Notes: generated by a model not told the origin, from the letters alone. A DNA stretch of 64,000 bases from an uncultured Acidobacteriota bacterium (GCA_963779415.1 CAVZYA010000001.1:1312001-1376000), one strand, 5' to 3'. Positions 1 to 12,180 are shown, numbered from the stretch's first letter. Numbers and translations: made by a program.

Positions 1-658
1 GCCGCGAGACGTGCAGGGCGACGACGGCCCGGGTCCTCTCGGTCACGAGGCCGAAGAGCCCTTCCGCCGCGTCCTCGTTCGAAAGATGCCCCACGTCGGA
101 GAGGATGCGGCGCTTGAGGTGCGGCGGGTAGCCGCCGTCGCGCAGGAGGTCGACGTCGTGGTTCGCCTCGAGGCCGATCACCTCGCATCCCCGGAGCGCC
201 CCGGCGACATCCGCCGAGAGATGCCCGAGGTCCGTCGCGATGCCGATCCGGCGCCCGTGCCCGTCCGCGAAGACATAGCAGACCGACTCCGTGCCGTCGT
301 GAGGCGTCCGCGTCACGCGGACGAAGAGGTCGTGCCCAATCCGGATTTCGTCCCCGCCCCGGACGATCCGGATGTCGGCGAAGAGCGGCCCCGGGAGCCC
401 CGCCGCGTGCGCCGTCCCTTCGGTCACATAGACGGGGAGCGGACGCTTCTTCGCGAGATCGAGCGCGCCCCGGACATGGTCCGAGTGCTCGTGCGTCAGG
501 AGGACCGCCGCGACGTCGTCGAGCGAGAGCCCGCGCCCTTCGAGCCGCCGGACGGTCTGCCGGAGCGAGAGTCCGGCGTCGAGGAGGACGACCGTCCGCC
601 CCGCGCGGACGGCTGCACAGTTTCCCGAGGAGCCCGAGCCGAGAAAGGTGATCTCCAC
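1..658 (-). CDS. MBL-fold metallo-hydrolase (YycJ/WalJ-like), 3' end runs off window
   Basis: Not in the ORF track; hand translation from GTG at 658 gives MEITFLGSGSSGNC...LLTHEHSDH...TPHD...ATDLGH...EANHD...GHLSNED, the MBL HxHxDH and YycJ-type motifs. Confidence 0.85.
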   Translation of the reverse strand, partial: MEITFLGSGSSGNCAAVRAGRTVVLLDAGLSLRQTVRRLEGRGLSLDDVAAVLLTHEHSDHVRGALDLAKKRPLPVYVTEGTAHAAGLPGPLFADIRIVRGGDEIRIGHDLFVRVTRTPHDGTESVCYVFADGHGRRIGIATDLGHLSADVAGALRGCEVIGLEANHDVDLLRDGGYPPHLKRRILSDVGHLSNEDAAEGLFGLVTERTRAVVALHVSR

Positions 659-663
659 GCCCG

Positions 664-1116
664 TCAGCTCCCCGTGCTCCCGAAGCCGCCCGTCCCCCGC
701 GTCGAGACCCGAAGCTCCCCGGCCTCCTCGAAGAGGGCGCGCGAAACCGGCGCGACGACGAGCTGCGCGATCCGCTCGCCGCGGGCGATCGTCACGGCGT
801 CCCCCCCGAGGTTGACGACAATTACCCCCACTTCGCCGCGGTAGTCGGCGTCGATCGTTCCGACGCCGTTCGCGAGGGCGAGCCCTTTCTTCAGCGCGAG
901 GCCGGAGCGGGCGCGCACCTGCCCCTCGAAGCCTGCCGGAATCTCGAGGACGAGGCCGGTCGGGACGACCGCGCGAGCGCCGGGCGCGATCGTCATCGGC
1001 CCGTCGAGCGCCGCGCGGAGGTCGGCGCCCGCGGCCCCTTCCGACGCGTAGACCGGCGGCGCGAGGTCGGCGAACCTCTCCGCGATGCGGTACCGGATGA
1101 CGGGGCGCTCCGTCAC
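664..1116 (-). CDS. dut: dUTP diphosphatase
   Basis: C-terminal part of ORF 664..2418: AGADL, RSGLA, GTIDADYRGE, GERIAQLV, RGTGGFGSTG; GTG start overlaps the upstream TGA. Confidence 0.95.
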   Translation of the reverse strand: MTERPVIRYRIAERFADLAPPVYASEGAAGADLRAALDGPMTIAPGARAVVPTGLVLEIPAGFEGQVRARSGLALKKGLALANGVGTIDADYRGEVGVIVVNLGGDAVTIARGERIAQLVVAPVSRALFEEAGELRVSTRGTGGFGSTGS

Positions 1117-2387
1117 GCGGCCAGTTCCTCCATCAGCCCTTCCGCCGAGAAGCCGGGCCCTGGCGGGCCGGCCACGCCGAGGCCGACGGGACCGAGCGCG
1201 CCGAAGAGGAGGCCGCAGGCTTCTTCCGCGTCTCGCCCGGTCACCGCGTCGATCTCGGCCAGAAACTCGTCCGCGGAGACGGGGCGCCCGCGGGTGAGCC
1301 ATGAGCGCGCCGCCGTCTCGCGGCGCGACGCCGTCGACTCGAGCGAGAGAGCGACCTCCGCCCGGATCTGGTCCTTCGCGCGCGAAAGCTCCGCACGGGA
1401 GAGTCCCGAAGCCGCGAGCGCCCTGAGGAGCCGGCCCGTCGTCCGGGCGAGCTTCTGGAGATTCTTCGGGTGCGTCGCCGCTTCGACGAGGGCGAGGCCC
1501 GCCTCCCGGTGGAGCGAGAGCCCCGCGCCGACGTTGTACGCGAGGCCCTTCCGCTCGCGGATGTCGCGCCAGAGGCGGGAGGAGACGCCACCCCCGAGAA
1601 CGGTCACGGCGATCGAGACCGCCGCGCGGAGAGGATGGTCGAACGGAATCGTCGGTGCGCCGACGAGGAGATGCGCCTGGGCGAGATCGGCGCGCCGCAC
1701 CTCCACGGCACAGCGCCGCGCGCGCGGACGCCCCGCGGGGCGCCGCGTGACCGCGGAGACGGAGGGGACGGGACGCCGCCGCTTCTCGAGACGCCGGACG
1801 ATCGTTTCCGGATCGAAGGCGCCTGCGGCCACGACGAGGATCCGCTCCGGCCGGAAGATCTCCCGAAAGCGCGCGGCGAGCCGCGTGCGGTTGAGGCTCC
1901 GGACGCTCTCGCCGCTTCCGAAAATAGGCGCTCCGAGGGGATGCGAGGGCCAGAGGCGCCGGAGGAACGTGTCGTGGAGGACGTCCTCCGGAACGTCGTT
2001 CGCCTCGGCCATCTCCTCGAGGATCACCTCCCGCTCCACCTCGACGTCCTCCGCCGTGAAGGAGGGGGCTTCCGTCAGGTCGAGGAGGAGGTCCATCGCC
2101 TCTCCCGCCCGGTCGGCCGTCGTCCGGGCGTGGAACGCCACCGAATCCTTCGTCGTGTAGGCGTCGCACTCGCCGCCGAGCCTGTCGGTGAGGCGGGCGA
2201 TGGCCGCGCCGGAGCGACGGCGGCTCCGCCTGAAGAGGAGGTGCTCGAGAAAATGCGTGGCGCCCCGCTCGGCCGGGGACTCGTCCGCCGAGCCCGAGGC
2301 GACGTAGATGCCGATCGCCACGCTCCTGACGTCCCGCATCGGATCGAGCCAGACTTGCGTCCCGTCCGAGAGTCGGCGCGTGAGCAC
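1113..2387 (-). CDS. M16 family zinc peptidase
   Basis: Inverted zinc motif HFLEH; SSRLWRDIRERKGLAY C-terminal motif. Confidence 0.92.
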   Translation of the reverse strand: MLTRRLSDGTQVWLDPMRDVRSVAIGIYVASGSADESPAERGATHFLEHLLFRRSRRRSGAAIARLTDRLGGECDAYTTKDSVAFHARTTADRAGEAMDLLLDLTEAPSFTAEDVEVEREVILEEMAEANDVPEDVLHDTFLRRLWPSHPLGAPIFGSGESVRSLNRTRLAARFREIFRPERILVVAAGAFDPETIVRRLEKRRRPVPSVSAVTRRPAGRPRARRCAVEVRRADLAQAHLLVGAPTIPFDHPLRAAVSIAVTVLGGGVSSRLWRDIRERKGLAYNVGAGLSLHREAGLALVEAATHPKNLQKLARTTGRLLRALAASGLSRAELSRAKDQIRAEVALSLESTASRRETAARSWLTRGRPVSADEFLAEIDAVTGRDAEEACGLLFGALGPVGLGVAGPPGPGFSAEGLMEELAA

Positions 2388-2423
2388 GCCCGATTCTACC
2401 GGGGGAGGCGCAATGCACCCCGC

Positions 2424-3074
2424 TCAGTTCGGCTTCGGGACGGGCGGGAGGCCGGGGCCGGGAACTCCTCCGGGATTGTTCCCCGGCGTGGTCGCCCCGA
2501 CGCCCGTGAGGAGCGATACGGTGAAGCGCCAGTCGGAGTAGGTGTCGTGTCCCTGAAAGACCTTGTACGCCTTCTTCTTCGACTTCGAGTAGACGCCCAT
2601 GATCGGCCCGATCGGAGTGCCGGCGGGCGTGCCGAAAGCACCGGAAGAGCCGAACGGGGAGTTGGCGCCCGTCGACGGCGTCGGGGTCGGGGTCGGCTGG
2701 GGCGTCAGGCCGGTCCCTCCCGGGGGCATCGCGCCCGGACCTGCCACCGGCAGTCCCTGCATGGGGGCTCCCGCCGTCGCCGTGATGAGTCCCCAGTCGT
2801 CCGAATTCGTGATCGGGTCCTTCCAGAGTTTCCGGAGCGTCCGCGGGCGGACGGTGAACATCTCCTTCAGGGAGTTCGGATAGCGCCCGTACCGGATCTG
2901 GAAGGTCCGGATTCCCTCGGCGTACTGGAGCCCGCGGAAGATCAGCTCGTCCTCCCGGCTCCGCTGCATCTCGGCCGAGGCGAGCGGCAGGACGGCGGCG
3001 ATCAGGACCGACATCACCGTCATCCCCACGAGGAGGATCACCAGCGTGTAGCCCTTTTCTCTTCTCGCTACCAT
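2424..3074 (-). CDS. Pseudopilin lacking Glu+5 (GspK/PilX-like), Pro/Thr-rich
   Basis: MVARREKG|YTLVILLVG class III signal peptide; E..ELIFRG and L.K.WKDPIT..DW motifs. Confidence 0.8.
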   Translation of the reverse strand: MVARREKGYTLVILLVGMTVMSVLIAAVLPLASAEMQRSREDELIFRGLQYAEGIRTFQIRYGRYPNSLKEMFTVRPRTLRKLWKDPITNSDDWGLITATAGAPMQGLPVAGPGAMPPGGTGLTPQPTPTPTPSTGANSPFGSSGAFGTPAGTPIGPIMGVYSKSKKKAYKVFQGHDTYSDWRFTVSLLTGVGATTPGNNPGGVPGPGLPPVPKPN

Positions 3075-3466
3075 GTGTTCACAGGCGTCCCGTCGAGCCC
3101 CATTTCCTTCGAGCCCGACTTCACGTCCACGATTCCCGGAGGGTGGTCGGGCGCGGTGTCGGAGGAATCGGGCTCCTCCATCGTCACCTCCCACGTGTCG
3201 GCCGACTTCGTGAAGGGGTCGACGGGGACCTTCCGGATGTACCGCTCCGACACGAGGACCTGCAACGATTCGGGATATTTCCCCTTGTCCGCGAAGTACT
3301 GGTCGATGCAGGTGCGGAAGGTGTAGAGGTCCTGCTTCAGCGCCGCTTCGCGCGCGCGCTTCGGCGTCTTGGAGAGATTCGGAAGCGCCACCGCCGTCAG
3401 GATGCCGATGATGGCCATGACGACGAGAAGCTCGATGAGCGTGAATCCCCTCCGTCGTGGTCTCAT
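3068..3466 (-). CDS. Pseudopilin, GspG-like
   Basis: RRG|FTLIELLVV methylation motif; IDQYFADKGKYPESL..LV..YIRKVPVDP. Confidence 0.9.
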   Translation of the reverse strand: MRPRRRGFTLIELLVVMAIIGILTAVALPNLSKTPKRAREAALKQDLYTFRTCIDQYFADKGKYPESLQVLVSERYIRKVPVDPFTKSADTWEVTMEEPDSSDTAPDHPPGIVDVKSGSKEMGLDGTPVNTW

Positions 3467-3467
3467 C

Positions 3468-3929
3468 TCACCAGTCCTTGTACTTCGTCTTGTCGAGCGC
3501 GGTCCCGTCCGAGAGGGAGTAGACGTCGTAGACGTTCTGGCGCCCCCACGAAGTCGAGTCGGGCTCGTCCTGGTAGCTGCGCAGCCCCCACTCGGCTTTC
3601 TGCGTCATCGGGTCGATCGGGATCTTCCGGAGGAAGCGGCGCTTCTTCTTCACCTGCCCGACGAGGTCCACCCCTTCGACGAGCGCTTCGAGGCTCTTCG
3701 GATACCCTTCCGTCCCGAGGTCGACCGGAATCAGCCCCTGGTCGCAGAGCCGCTTGTAGTCGTCGATCGCGGACCGCATCGTCCGGAGCGCTTCCTTGAG
3801 TTCGAGCTCCCTCTGGCGCTGGACGTTGAAGCGGGTCACCGGAACGATGGCGGCGGTCAGGATCATGATGCACGCGACCACCATCACGAGCTCCGTGAGC
3901 GAGTAGCCGGAAGAGCGGCGACGGCGCAC
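3468..3929 (-). CDS. Pseudopilin, GspG-like
   Basis: Tail of ORF 3468..6932: SG|YSLTELVMV...AIDDYK...GYPKSLEAL...FLRKIPIDPMT; GTG start at 3929. Confidence 0.88.
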   Translation of the reverse strand: MRRRRSSGYSLTELVMVVACIMILTAAIVPVTRFNVQRQRELELKEALRTMRSAIDDYKRLCDQGLIPVDLGTEGYPKSLEALVEGVDLVGQVKKKRRFLRKIPIDPMTQKAEWGLRSYQDEPDSTSWGRQNVYDVYSLSDGTALDKTKYKDW

Positions 3930-3937
3930 GGGAGCCC

Positions 3938-6433
3938 TCAGCTCCCCGCCGAGACGGTCACGGCCGCCGGGTTGACGACGGGAGGAATGCTCCCCCGCTT
4001 CGTCACCACGTTTCCCGCCGAGGCCCGGAAGAAGGCCGTTCCGCCCGAAGCTCCGCGGATCGAGAAGATCGCGAGAGGACCCGACGGGATCCCCCAGTCG
4101 CCGTCCCGGCGGAGCATCTGGATCCGCGCTCGTCCGGCGACGCGGTCCGCATCGAAGCGGATCAGATTCGCCCCGACGCCGTCGCTCCACGGTCCCGGAG
4201 CGATCCCCGTCACCTCGGTCACCTCCGGATTCCACTCGACGTTCACCTCGAGAAGACGGGCGTCGGAAAGGCCGCTCTCGCCGACGAGGGAGACCTTTGC
4301 GGCCTCGCCCGGCGCGAGGGTCGTCGAGGAGGGGAGGAGGCTGAATTCCGGAGAGCCTGGCAACACGGCCGCCTTCGCGGCGGAGACGGCGGTCGTCGAC
4401 GACACCGGCGCGGACGCGGCCGCAGCCATTACGGAAGCCGTCTTTTCTGACTCCGGAGAGGTCTTGAGCGACGAGTTGCCCGGCGGTGGCGTCGGGAGGA
4501 CGGGAATGCCGGGCGCTCCCAGAGGAATCGAAGGCGCCGGGGTCGGAGAGGCCGCCGGCGACTGCGGCGTCGACTGGCGGAACAGGTCGGTCGGGGCCGA
4601 GCCGCCGAACGCGGGCACGGGCGCCTGCGAGCGCGGGGGCTGGGCCGGGACCGCCCGGGCCCCGCCGTCGAACGGCGAGCCGGCGGCGGACGGGGACTCG
4701 AGCCGCGTCCCCTGCCCCGAGAAGGAGACGTTGTTCTCCGTCCCGACCCAGATCGGCAGAAGGTCCTCCTCGGTGATCTGCGGGGCGCGGATGATGTGGG
4801 GCGTCAGCGTCATGAAAATGTCGGTCGTCTGGTCGCTGTTCTTGTAGTGCGTGAAGAGCGTTCCGAGGAGCGGAATGTCGGAGAGGAACGGGATCTTGTC
4901 CTTCGTCTGCGTCTGGTCGCGCCGGACGAGCCCTGCGAGGAAATTCGTCTCGCCGTCCTTCAGCCGGATCGTCGTGTTGATCGTCCGCGTGCCGATCTGG
5001 GGCATGCTGGGCCCGCCCGGCTGCGTCACGTAGCCGTTGATGTTCGAGATCTCGAGGAGGAGCTTCATCGAGACCTCCTTGTTGTGGTGAACCCGCGGCT
5101 CGATCTCCACCTTGATCCCGACGTCCTGATACTGGAACGACGTGATCGGGACGACGCCGATCTGGCCGACCGACTGCGTCGTGTTGTACGTCGAGACGGG
5201 GATCGGCACGCGGTCGCCGATGACGAGCTGCGCCTTCTCCCCTTCGGCGATCCGGAGCTGGGGCTTCGCGAGGACCTGCGCGTCGGTGTTCTGCTTGAGG
5301 AAGTTGAACGTGACGGTCGGGAGAGTGAAGCTGATGTCGTTGATCCCGAGGTTCTTGATCTGGTTCCATGTCATCGAGCCGACCGCCGCTCCGGCCGCGT
5401 CGATGACGGTCGCCGTGGTCGAGTACTGCGACAGGAGCATTCCGAGGTCGAGCAGGTTGTTCCTCCCGATCAGGAGGAGCTCCACGTCGACGATGACCTC
5501 GGCCTTCGCCTTGTCGGTCTCCTCGATGAGCCTCTCGGCGACGGCCACCTTGTCGGCCGTGTCGCGGATGACGATGGCGTTCAGCTGCGGGACCGGCTGG
5601 AGACGCCGCATGTCGAGGACGGCCCGAACCATCCCCGAGACGTCCTTCACGTCCCCGTTCGAGAGGAAGAAGGTCCGGATGACGAGGTCTTCGTACTCGC
5701 GGCGGTTCTGCTGCGTGTCCTGCGCGATGATGATCGTCCGCTCGTCGAGAACCTTGTAGAAGTGTCCGGCCTGGCGCATCGCGACCTCGAGCGCCCGCTG
5801 GAAGGTCATCCCCCGGAGGTCCAGCGTGAACTTGTCGTCCTTGAGCTGCGGGTCGAAGATGACGTTGATTCCGGCCGACGCGCAGAGGGCGTTGTAGATC
5901 TTCTTGATGTTCGTGTCGGGAGGGAAGGAGACGTCGATCAGCTTGTCGGAGCTGGGGCTGAGCATCGGCGGCGCCGCCCGACGCCCTCGGGCCTTCGCCT
6001 TCGCGATCTCGGTCGGGGTCCCGCCGGCGGACTCGCGGTCCCGGAGCTCGACGTCGGCCCTGGCCCGCTTCAGCTCCATTTGCGCCGCATCGTTCGAGGG
6101 ATCGAGGGAGACCGCCTGCTCGAGTTCGAGGACCGAGAGGTCGATCTCTCCCGACTGCCGGTAGATCTTCCCCCGCTCGAAGTGGATCCGGGAGGCCTTC
6201 ATGCGGACCCGGTTGTAAGCCGCCTTCGCCTCGATGTTCGTCGGATCCGTCTCGAAAGCCTTCTGGTACGCGAGGAGGGCGAGGTCCCAGTGCTCGCGCG
6301 CTTCGGCGTCCGCGCCGTCGCGCATCGCCCTGTTCGTGGCGCACCCCGCCGTCAGGGCGACGAGGAGACCGACGGCCAGTGCGCGCCGGGCGAGGAATCG
6401 AAGGGGGCGGAAGGACGGTGTTTTCATCGGCAA
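3938..6433 (-). CDS. gspD: Secretin (GspD-like) lipoprotein with N-terminal TPR and C-terminal Pro-rich linker plus cohesin-like domain
   Basis: Lipobox TAGC; secretin core IGDRVPI, YQDVGIK, IRLKDGET, KIPFLSDIPLLGTLF, LTPHII. Confidence 0.9.
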   Translation of the reverse strand: MPMKTPSFRPLRFLARRALAVGLLVALTAGCATNRAMRDGADAEAREHWDLALLAYQKAFETDPTNIEAKAAYNRVRMKASRIHFERGKIYRQSGEIDLSVLELEQAVSLDPSNDAAQMELKRARADVELRDRESAGGTPTEIAKAKARGRRAAPPMLSPSSDKLIDVSFPPDTNIKKIYNALCASAGINVIFDPQLKDDKFTLDLRGMTFQRALEVAMRQAGHFYKVLDERTIIIAQDTQQNRREYEDLVIRTFFLSNGDVKDVSGMVRAVLDMRRLQPVPQLNAIVIRDTADKVAVAERLIEETDKAKAEVIVDVELLLIGRNNLLDLGMLLSQYSTTATVIDAAGAAVGSMTWNQIKNLGINDISFTLPTVTFNFLKQNTDAQVLAKPQLRIAEGEKAQLVIGDRVPIPVSTYNTTQSVGQIGVVPITSFQYQDVGIKVEIEPRVHHNKEVSMKLLLEISNINGYVTQPGGPSMPQIGTRTINTTIRLKDGETNFLAGLVRRDQTQTKDKIPFLSDIPLLGTLFTHYKNSDQTTDIFMTLTPHIIRAPQITEEDLLPIWVGTENNVSFSGQGTRLESPSAAGSPFDGGARAVPAQPPRSQAPVPAFGGSAPTDLFRQSTPQSPAASPTPAPSIPLGAPGIPVLPTPPPGNSSLKTSPESEKTASVMAAAASAPVSSTTAVSAAKAAVLPGSPEFSLLPSSTTLAPGEAAKVSLVGESGLSDARLLEVNVEWNPEVTEVTGIAPGPWSDGVGANLIRFDADRVAGRARIQMLRRDGDWGIPSGPLAIFSIRGASGGTAFFRASAGNVVTKRGSIPPVVNPAAVTVSAGS

Positions 6434-6448
6434 AGACCTCGTCGGACC

Positions 6449-7047
6449 TCAGGGATATGCGATCGGAATCGGGAGACGGCGGGTGATCTCGGGCGGAAGC
6501 CCGACGAACCCGAAGTCGACCGATTCCCGGTTGATCTTCCGGACGATGAAGCGGTTGTCGACGACATCCCCTTCGCGGGCATTGATCAGACGCGCGCCCT
6601 CCTCGAGCGCCACGATCGGCCCGTCTCTCGGCCCGAACTTCCCGATCGCCTTGAACGGTAAGGTCGGCGGGACGATCGGCGTCGGCGTCGGGACGGGCGT
6701 CGGAAAGTCCGGGAGGAGGTAGTAGACCGCCGGCGTCGGCGTCGGCGGGACCGCCGTCGGGGTCGGCGTCGGCGAGCTGTAGAAGCGGAAGACGTCGCGT
6801 CCCACCTCGTCCTTCATGGCGCCCCGCCCCGCCGCGAGACGAAGCTCCGGCACCGATTCGGGGTCGAGGGCGCCGCCGCGCACCGCCGGCGGCCGGCCCC
6901 CCCCTTGAGCGGCGAGATCGTCTCCGGCGCATTGGACGGCCAGAGGGAGAGAGCGGCGATCCCGGCGGCTCCGGCGAGCAGGATGAGAAGCAGGCGCAGA
7001 TTGCTCTTCGCCGGCGCGCCGGCCGCGGCGGGCGCGGACCTCTTCAT
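6449..7047 (-). CDS. PilP/GspC-position protein (TM, Pro/Thr repeat, beta domain), split by one frameshift
   Basis: N-terminus MKRSAP...LLLILLAGAAGIAALSLW is in one frame and C-terminus (6449..6883) in another; the switch lies in the C8 run at 6897-6904 and one extra base rejoins them. Confidence 0.7.
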
Positions 7048-7729
7048 TCGGGCACCATTGCCGCCGCCGCGGGGGCGGAAGCCGCCGCCGGGGACGGGCG
7101 AGCGACCGGGCGGGGCGCCCGCTTCACCGGGCGCGGCCCTTCCGGCCGGAAGTAATGCGAGACGGCGAGCGAGACACGGAGGACGTCCGGCACGTTTTCG
7201 TCGAGAGCCACTTGCACGCGCTCCGGGACGAGGAACTTCGGGCTCGTCTCGAACGTGTAGAGGAGCCTCTTGATGTCGGCGTAGCGCCCTTCGACACGGA
7301 AAGAGATCGTCATCCGGTCGGCTCCCGCCACCGCGTCCTCCGCGTAGCTGACGGTCGGGGGGAGAAGCCGGCCTGCCGCGTGATGGCGTCCACGTCCTCG
7401 AGGAGGCTCGCGAGCCGTTCCTTCCGCGTGCCGAGGACGTCGCCGTAGAAGGCATCGAGATCCTTCTTCAGCTCCACGAGCCGGCGCTCCGCCTCCCGCG
7501 CCTTTTCGAGCGCGAGCCGGGCCTGGTCGCGGCGCTGAACGAGGGACTGACGCGTCTCTTCGAGACCGGAGAGGCGGACGTTGTAGAAGACGCGGTAGAC
7601 GACGAGGATGGCGAGGTTCGCGAGGAGGAGGACCCCGAGCGCGATGAAGAGCGCCGCGCGGCTCCGCCAGAGCGAGCGCGAAACGGTCCGGGCGCCGTTC
7701 GCCGTGCCGCGCGGCGCGCCGGCCGTCAT
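7044..7729 (-). CDS. PilO/GspM-like protein, split by one frameshift
   Basis: TM and coiled coil from ATG 7729 to ...QAGFSP, then PTVSY...VEGRYADIKRLLYTFETSPKFL in another frame; the switch is at the G6 run 7357-7362. Confidence 0.75.
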
Positions 7730-8334
7730 GGCTTCTCCTCCACGTCGCGATAGAGGACGCCGAGGAGGATCCGCCGCCCGTCGGCGGCCCTCCGTTCTCC
7801 ACGCTCCTCCGACCGGGGCGTCGGGCGGTCGAACCAGGGCGAGCCGTAGAAGGTGCGGATCGCCCGCGGCAGTCCCCCCGGATCGCGCGAGACGAGCGTC
7901 AGCTCGACCCAGAAGAGCTCGTTCTTGCCGGTCCCCGTCTTCGCGTCGCTCTTGTCGGCGCTCACGAGGTTGATGGCGGCGATGCGCATGTCGGCCGGAA
8001 GGGTTTTCTCGAGGCGGTCCAGAAAGCGGGTCCACGCGAACGCCCGGCGGCGGGTGATCCGGTTCGCGTCCTCGGCGTCGGCGCGCATCTCGTCGACGTC
8101 GTAGCGCGACAAGCGCGCTTCCGCGGCGCGCCGCTCGGACTCGAGCCGCGCGCTCTCGTCGCGGAGCGCCGCGATCGCGTCGCGGGTCTTCCGCGATCCG
8201 TCGAAATAGCGGACGACGGTCCGGACGGAGACGAACGACAGGACGAGGACGGTCGCGGCGAGGACTCCCGCCGCCACATTCGCGGGGCGCGTGTCGATGA
8301 AGGGGCGGCGGGCGAGGTTGAGGCCGTGCGCCAT
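7726..8334 (-). CDS. PilN-like protein
   Basis: N-terminal LNLARRPF, TM, coiled coil, FAWTRFLDRLEKTLP motif. Confidence 0.8.
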   Translation of the reverse strand: MAHGLNLARRPFIDTRPANVAAGVLAATVLVLSFVSVRTVVRYFDGSRKTRDAIAALRDESARLESERRAAEARLSRYDVDEMRADAEDANRITRRRAFAWTRFLDRLEKTLPADMRIAAINLVSADKSDAKTGTGKNELFWVELTLVSRDPGGLPRAIRTFYGSPWFDRPTPRSEERGERRAADGRRILLGVLYRDVEEKP

Positions 8335-8337
8335 CGG

Positions 8338-9301
8338 TCAGTCCTTCCCTGCCATGGCGCCGAGGGCCGCGAGAAGATCCGCCGAATCGGTCCGCCCCGA
8401 GGCGATGCGCGTCCCGGGGAGGAGCGTCGCGACGGAGAGAGGGAGGACAGGGGCTCCTCCCGCCTCCTCGCGGAAGGCGATGAGCGCGGCGACGGCCGGC
8501 GCTCCCACGGGACCCGCCGCGCAGGGGATCCGGGCCGCCGGAATCTCGTCGCCAGCGCCATCGCCGGAGACGAAGGAGGCCGTGGCGCGAAGCTCCGCGA
8601 GGGCCGCCTCCGCTTCTTCGGTGCGGCGGACGCGGAGGAACCGGAGGTTTCCCTTCTCGAAATGGGCCGCCGACGAAGTCTCGCCGCGCGACCAGACCAC
8701 GAGGCCGTCGCCCGCGAGCGCCACGGCGCCGAGCGACGAAACGGCCAGCGTCTCGGTCTCGATGGCGCCGATCCGGATGCCGGCCCGCTCGAACGGCGCC
8801 TCCCACGAAGCCGCGGCCTCCTCGGGGACCGCGAGGGCGAGGACGCGCGTCGCCGGCGCGCCGGCGCCGGGGCCGGCGGGACGCCACGAAAGCCGGAGGG
8901 GCGGCACCGGCTCGCCGAACGTCCGGCCGAACTTCCAGGTCAGGATCTCTTCGACCTCCCGGGCGTGCTGCTCGGCGTCCTCGACGTCCACGACGAGGAC
9001 CCGGATGAAATTGTCCGGCACGACGAGGGAGGCCGCCGGCGTCTTCACCGCCGCCTCGGCGAGAAGGCGCGCGACGGCGCCCGCCCAGGAGGGTCCGGCG
9101 ACCGGCGCGCCCCCGGGTCCTTCGGCGAACGCGTCCGGCGGGAGCGGCGTGGAGACGGAACGGACCGCCGGGGGGGTGCCCGAAGCGGCGCGCCCCGGGT
9201 TCTCCGGCCCCACGTACGTCAGGCGCTCGCGGCCGAGGACGAACGCGTGTGACGGCCGTTTCGTCGAGAGCCACGGCGCTCTGCGGAAGAGCGTCTTCAG
9301 G

Positions 9302-9309
<8 letters not shown>
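8338..9309 (-). CDS. PilM/GspL-like cytoplasmic protein
   Basis: Lies between the ATPase and PilN; LVVPD..RV and WEAPFERAGI pattern. Confidence 0.65.
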
Positions 9310-10927
<1,618 letters not shown>

Positions 10928-10929
10928 GT

Positions 10930-12180
10930 TCAGCCCTTGATGTTGGAGAGGACGGAGAACATCGGAAGATAGATCGAGAGGAGGATCGTGGCGATCACGC
11001 CCCCCATCACGATCAGGATGACCGGCTCGACGAGATTGATGAGGCGCTGCAGCGAGGCCTCGATTGCCTCGTCATAGAAGTCCGAGACGTTCGTCAGCAT
11101 GTCCTCGAGCGCCCCCGTCGCCTCGCCCACCTTGATCATCTCGACCGCGAGCGAGGTGAACTGCGCCGATTCCTCGAGGCTGCGCCACAGCTCGGCCCCT
11201 TCGCGCACCTTCGGCACGACCGTGTGGACGGCGTCCGAGATCTTCCGGTTCGCGACGGCACCGGCCGCGATCTCGAGGGCCGGGACGAGCGGGGTCCCGG
11301 AGCCGACGAGCGTCGCGAGAGAGCGGGAAAACTGCGAGACGGCGAACTGGTGGAGGATTTTTCCCACCACCGGAATCCGGAGGAGGAACCCGTCGAACGT
11401 CCGCTGTCCGGCGTCCGTCCGCCGCCAGCGCGACCCGAGCCAGAGGAGCGCGACCACCCCCGCCGCGAGGAAGGGAAAGTTCGTCTTCGTGAAGGTCGCG
11501 ATCGCGATGACGACGCGCGTCAGGAGCGGAAGCTCGCTTCCGAATCCCGCGAAGAACTCCACGAACCTCGGGATGACGTAGGTCATCAGGATCGTGATCA
11601 GGCCGATCGAGAGGCCGACGAGGACGGTCGGGTAGACGAGGGCCGAGACGACCCGCCGCTTCACGGAGGCGAGGATCTTCTGGTAGGAGAGATACCGACG
11701 GAGGACCTTCTCGACCTCCCCCGAGCGCTCGCCCGCCTTCAGCGAAGTGCCGTAGAGGCGTGGGAAGACGTCGCCGTGCTCGAGGAACGCGTCCGAGAGC
11801 GCAACGCCCGAAACGAGCCGATCGTGGATCCCGGACATGATCTCCTTGAAGCGGGGATTCGCCTGCCGCTCCATCAGGATCTCGAAGCCGGCGACGACGG
11901 GGAGCCCCGCCTTCAGGAGGGCGACGAGCTCCTGGTTGAAGACGAGAAATTCCTCGGTCGAGACGGCGCGCCGGCGACGGAAGAGCTTGCCGAGCGAGAC
12001 CTTCCCCGGGAGCCGTACGGCGCGGGTACGGGCGGACGTCCCGTCGGCGCGGCGGATCGAGAAGAGGCGTCCCCCCTGGCGCGCCACCTCCGTACGGAGC
12101 GTCTCCTCGTCGGAGGCGTCGACCGTCCGCGTCGCGACGGCGCCGTCCGCCATCCCGATCCGGCAGACGAACGTCGCCAT
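10930..12180 (-). CDS. gspF: GspF/PilC family inner-membrane platform protein
   Basis: From ATG 12180: FNQEL..LLKAGLP, GE.SG, ALVYP, VGEATG.L, LVEP, YLPMF. Confidence 0.93.
   Translation of the reverse strand: MATFVCRIGMADGAVATRTVDASDEETLRTEVARQGGRLFSIRRADGTSARTRAVRLPGKVSLGKLFRRRRAVSTEEFLVFNQELVALLKAGLPVVAGFEILMERQANPRFKEIMSGIHDRLVSGVALSDAFLEHGDVFPRLYGTSLKAGERSGEVEKVLRRYLSYQKILASVKRRVVSALVYPTVLVGLSIGLITILMTYVIPRFVEFFAGFGSELPLLTRVVIAIATFTKTNFPFLAAGVVALLWLGSRWRRTDAGQRTFDGFLLRIPVVGKILHQFAVSQFSRSLATLVGSGTPLVPALEIAAGAVANRKISDAVHTVVPKVREGAELWRSLEESAQFTSLAVEMIKVGEATGALEDMLTNVSDFYDEAIEASLQRLINLVEPVILIVMGGVIATILLSIYLPMFSVLSNIKG

Noticed and set aside
11-844. Long plus-strand ORF and many similar antisense or off-frame ORFs (e.g. 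1470..3326, 4796..6661, 20600..22393, 26033..28420)
   Set aside because: Shadow ORFs of high-GC DNA overlapping genes with clear motifs; no recognisable domains.
3468-6932. 1154-aa ORF as a giant pilin
   Set aside because: Only the last 153 aa are a pseudopilin; the rest is an Arg/Pro-rich off-frame read of the secretin.
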